This document shows positions 63,316 through 64,000 of a DNA stretch of 64,000 nucleotides, piece after piece. Position 1 is the first letter of the stretch, and each line of letters opens with the position of its first letter. Both the position numbers and the translations under genes were made by a program. This DNA comes from Lama glama. Its lineage: Eukaryota. The notes below the pieces were generated by a model. That model was given only the letters and a program-made list of their open reading frames with translations. It did not search any database and had not been told where the DNA came from. The stretch is taken from contig CM052816.1 of NCBI GenBank assembly GCA_028534125.1, positions 13,146,001 through 13,210,000 of the forward strand, given 5' to 3'.

Positions 63316-63450
63316 TTCTTTTTTAAATATTTTACTTTATTTTACTTAATTTTATTTTATTTTATTTTATTTAATGGAGGTCCTGGAGATTGAACCCAGG
63401 ACCTTGTGCATGCTAAGCATGTGCTCTCACCACTGAGCTATACCCAGCCC
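63316..63450 (-). mobile_element. tRNA-derived SINE (camelid vic-1-like)
   Basis: Reverse complement gggtatagctcagtggtgagagcacatgcttagcatgcacaaggtcctgggttcaatc, then a (TAAAA)n tail. TSD ctaatagtg (63307-63315, 63451-63459). Confidence 0.92.
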
Positions 63451-64000
63451 CTAATAGTGGTTTTGTAAACAGCACCTCGCCTGAACGTGACTTGAAACAA
63501 ATTAATATATTAAAAGAAAATATTTGAACCCTTTCTGATGACTTTGTAAGTCGAGGTGACCTTAGGGAACCTGATTCAGCCCCCTGATTTGGTAGCTGGC
63601 CCAGCAGAGGGAGTCGCAGCAGTCACGCATCTGATTAGTGAAGATATCTTGACCCTCATTCTCTATTCCACATCTGCCAATAACAGATGGCACTGAATTT
63701 TCATTTGGAAACCCAAAACAAAGCAGCAACAAAATCTCATCACAGTTTATCTAAGACATTGGCCTGGTATCACTGACAATGATGCCTATATATACAAGAC
63801 AATATTTTGCTCGAACTATTCCATGGGTTGGGCCAATGTTGCCACACTCTCATTTGATAAATGTGGAAACAACATGACTGTAAGCTCCTGCAAGGATGGG
63901 TGGTATGTGGTTAAAGAGGAGGAGGAAAGACTTCATAGTTCCATGTGTGTCCAGATCTCGACTTTACCCTGGGAAAGTTACTGGGAAAGTTACTGAATTT

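Noticed and set aside
1..64000. CRISPR array, prokaryotic operon or intact autonomous transposon
   Set aside because: There is no repeat-spacer periodicity and no long ORF. All transposon coding remnants are truncated or frameshifted, and the sequence is mammalian non-coding DNA.

Overview
This is repeat-rich mammalian genomic DNA, intronic or intergenic, with a 500-N assembly gap at 21827-22326. I can support no host protein-coding exon, RNA gene or CRISPR array. The ORFs in the track are L1 ORF2 remnants, low-complexity translations, gap artefacts or chance ORFs. The source is most likely a camelid. This is inferred from two vic-1-like tRNA-derived SINEs, artiodactyl-type young L1 3' ends, and no recognisable Alu, Bov-A/BovB or PRE-1. 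The window is a layered record of transposable elements. Old elements include MIR, L2, L3/CR1, MLT1/LTR16, MER and Tigger DNA elements, and L1M. Younger L1s and SINEs have inserted into these, many with readable target-site duplications (TSDs). The most notable observations are four. (1) Two L1 copies share an atypical chimeric 3' tail. (2) One L1 is 5'-inverted (twin-primed). (3) Two overlapping consensus RFX X-boxes directly abut a CCAAT box. (4) Several repeat-free, motif-rich blocks are candidate regulatory elements. I found no convincing novel biological system. Repeat family names come from my recollection of consensus sequences, not a database search. Boundaries of old repeats are approximate, to within tens of bp.
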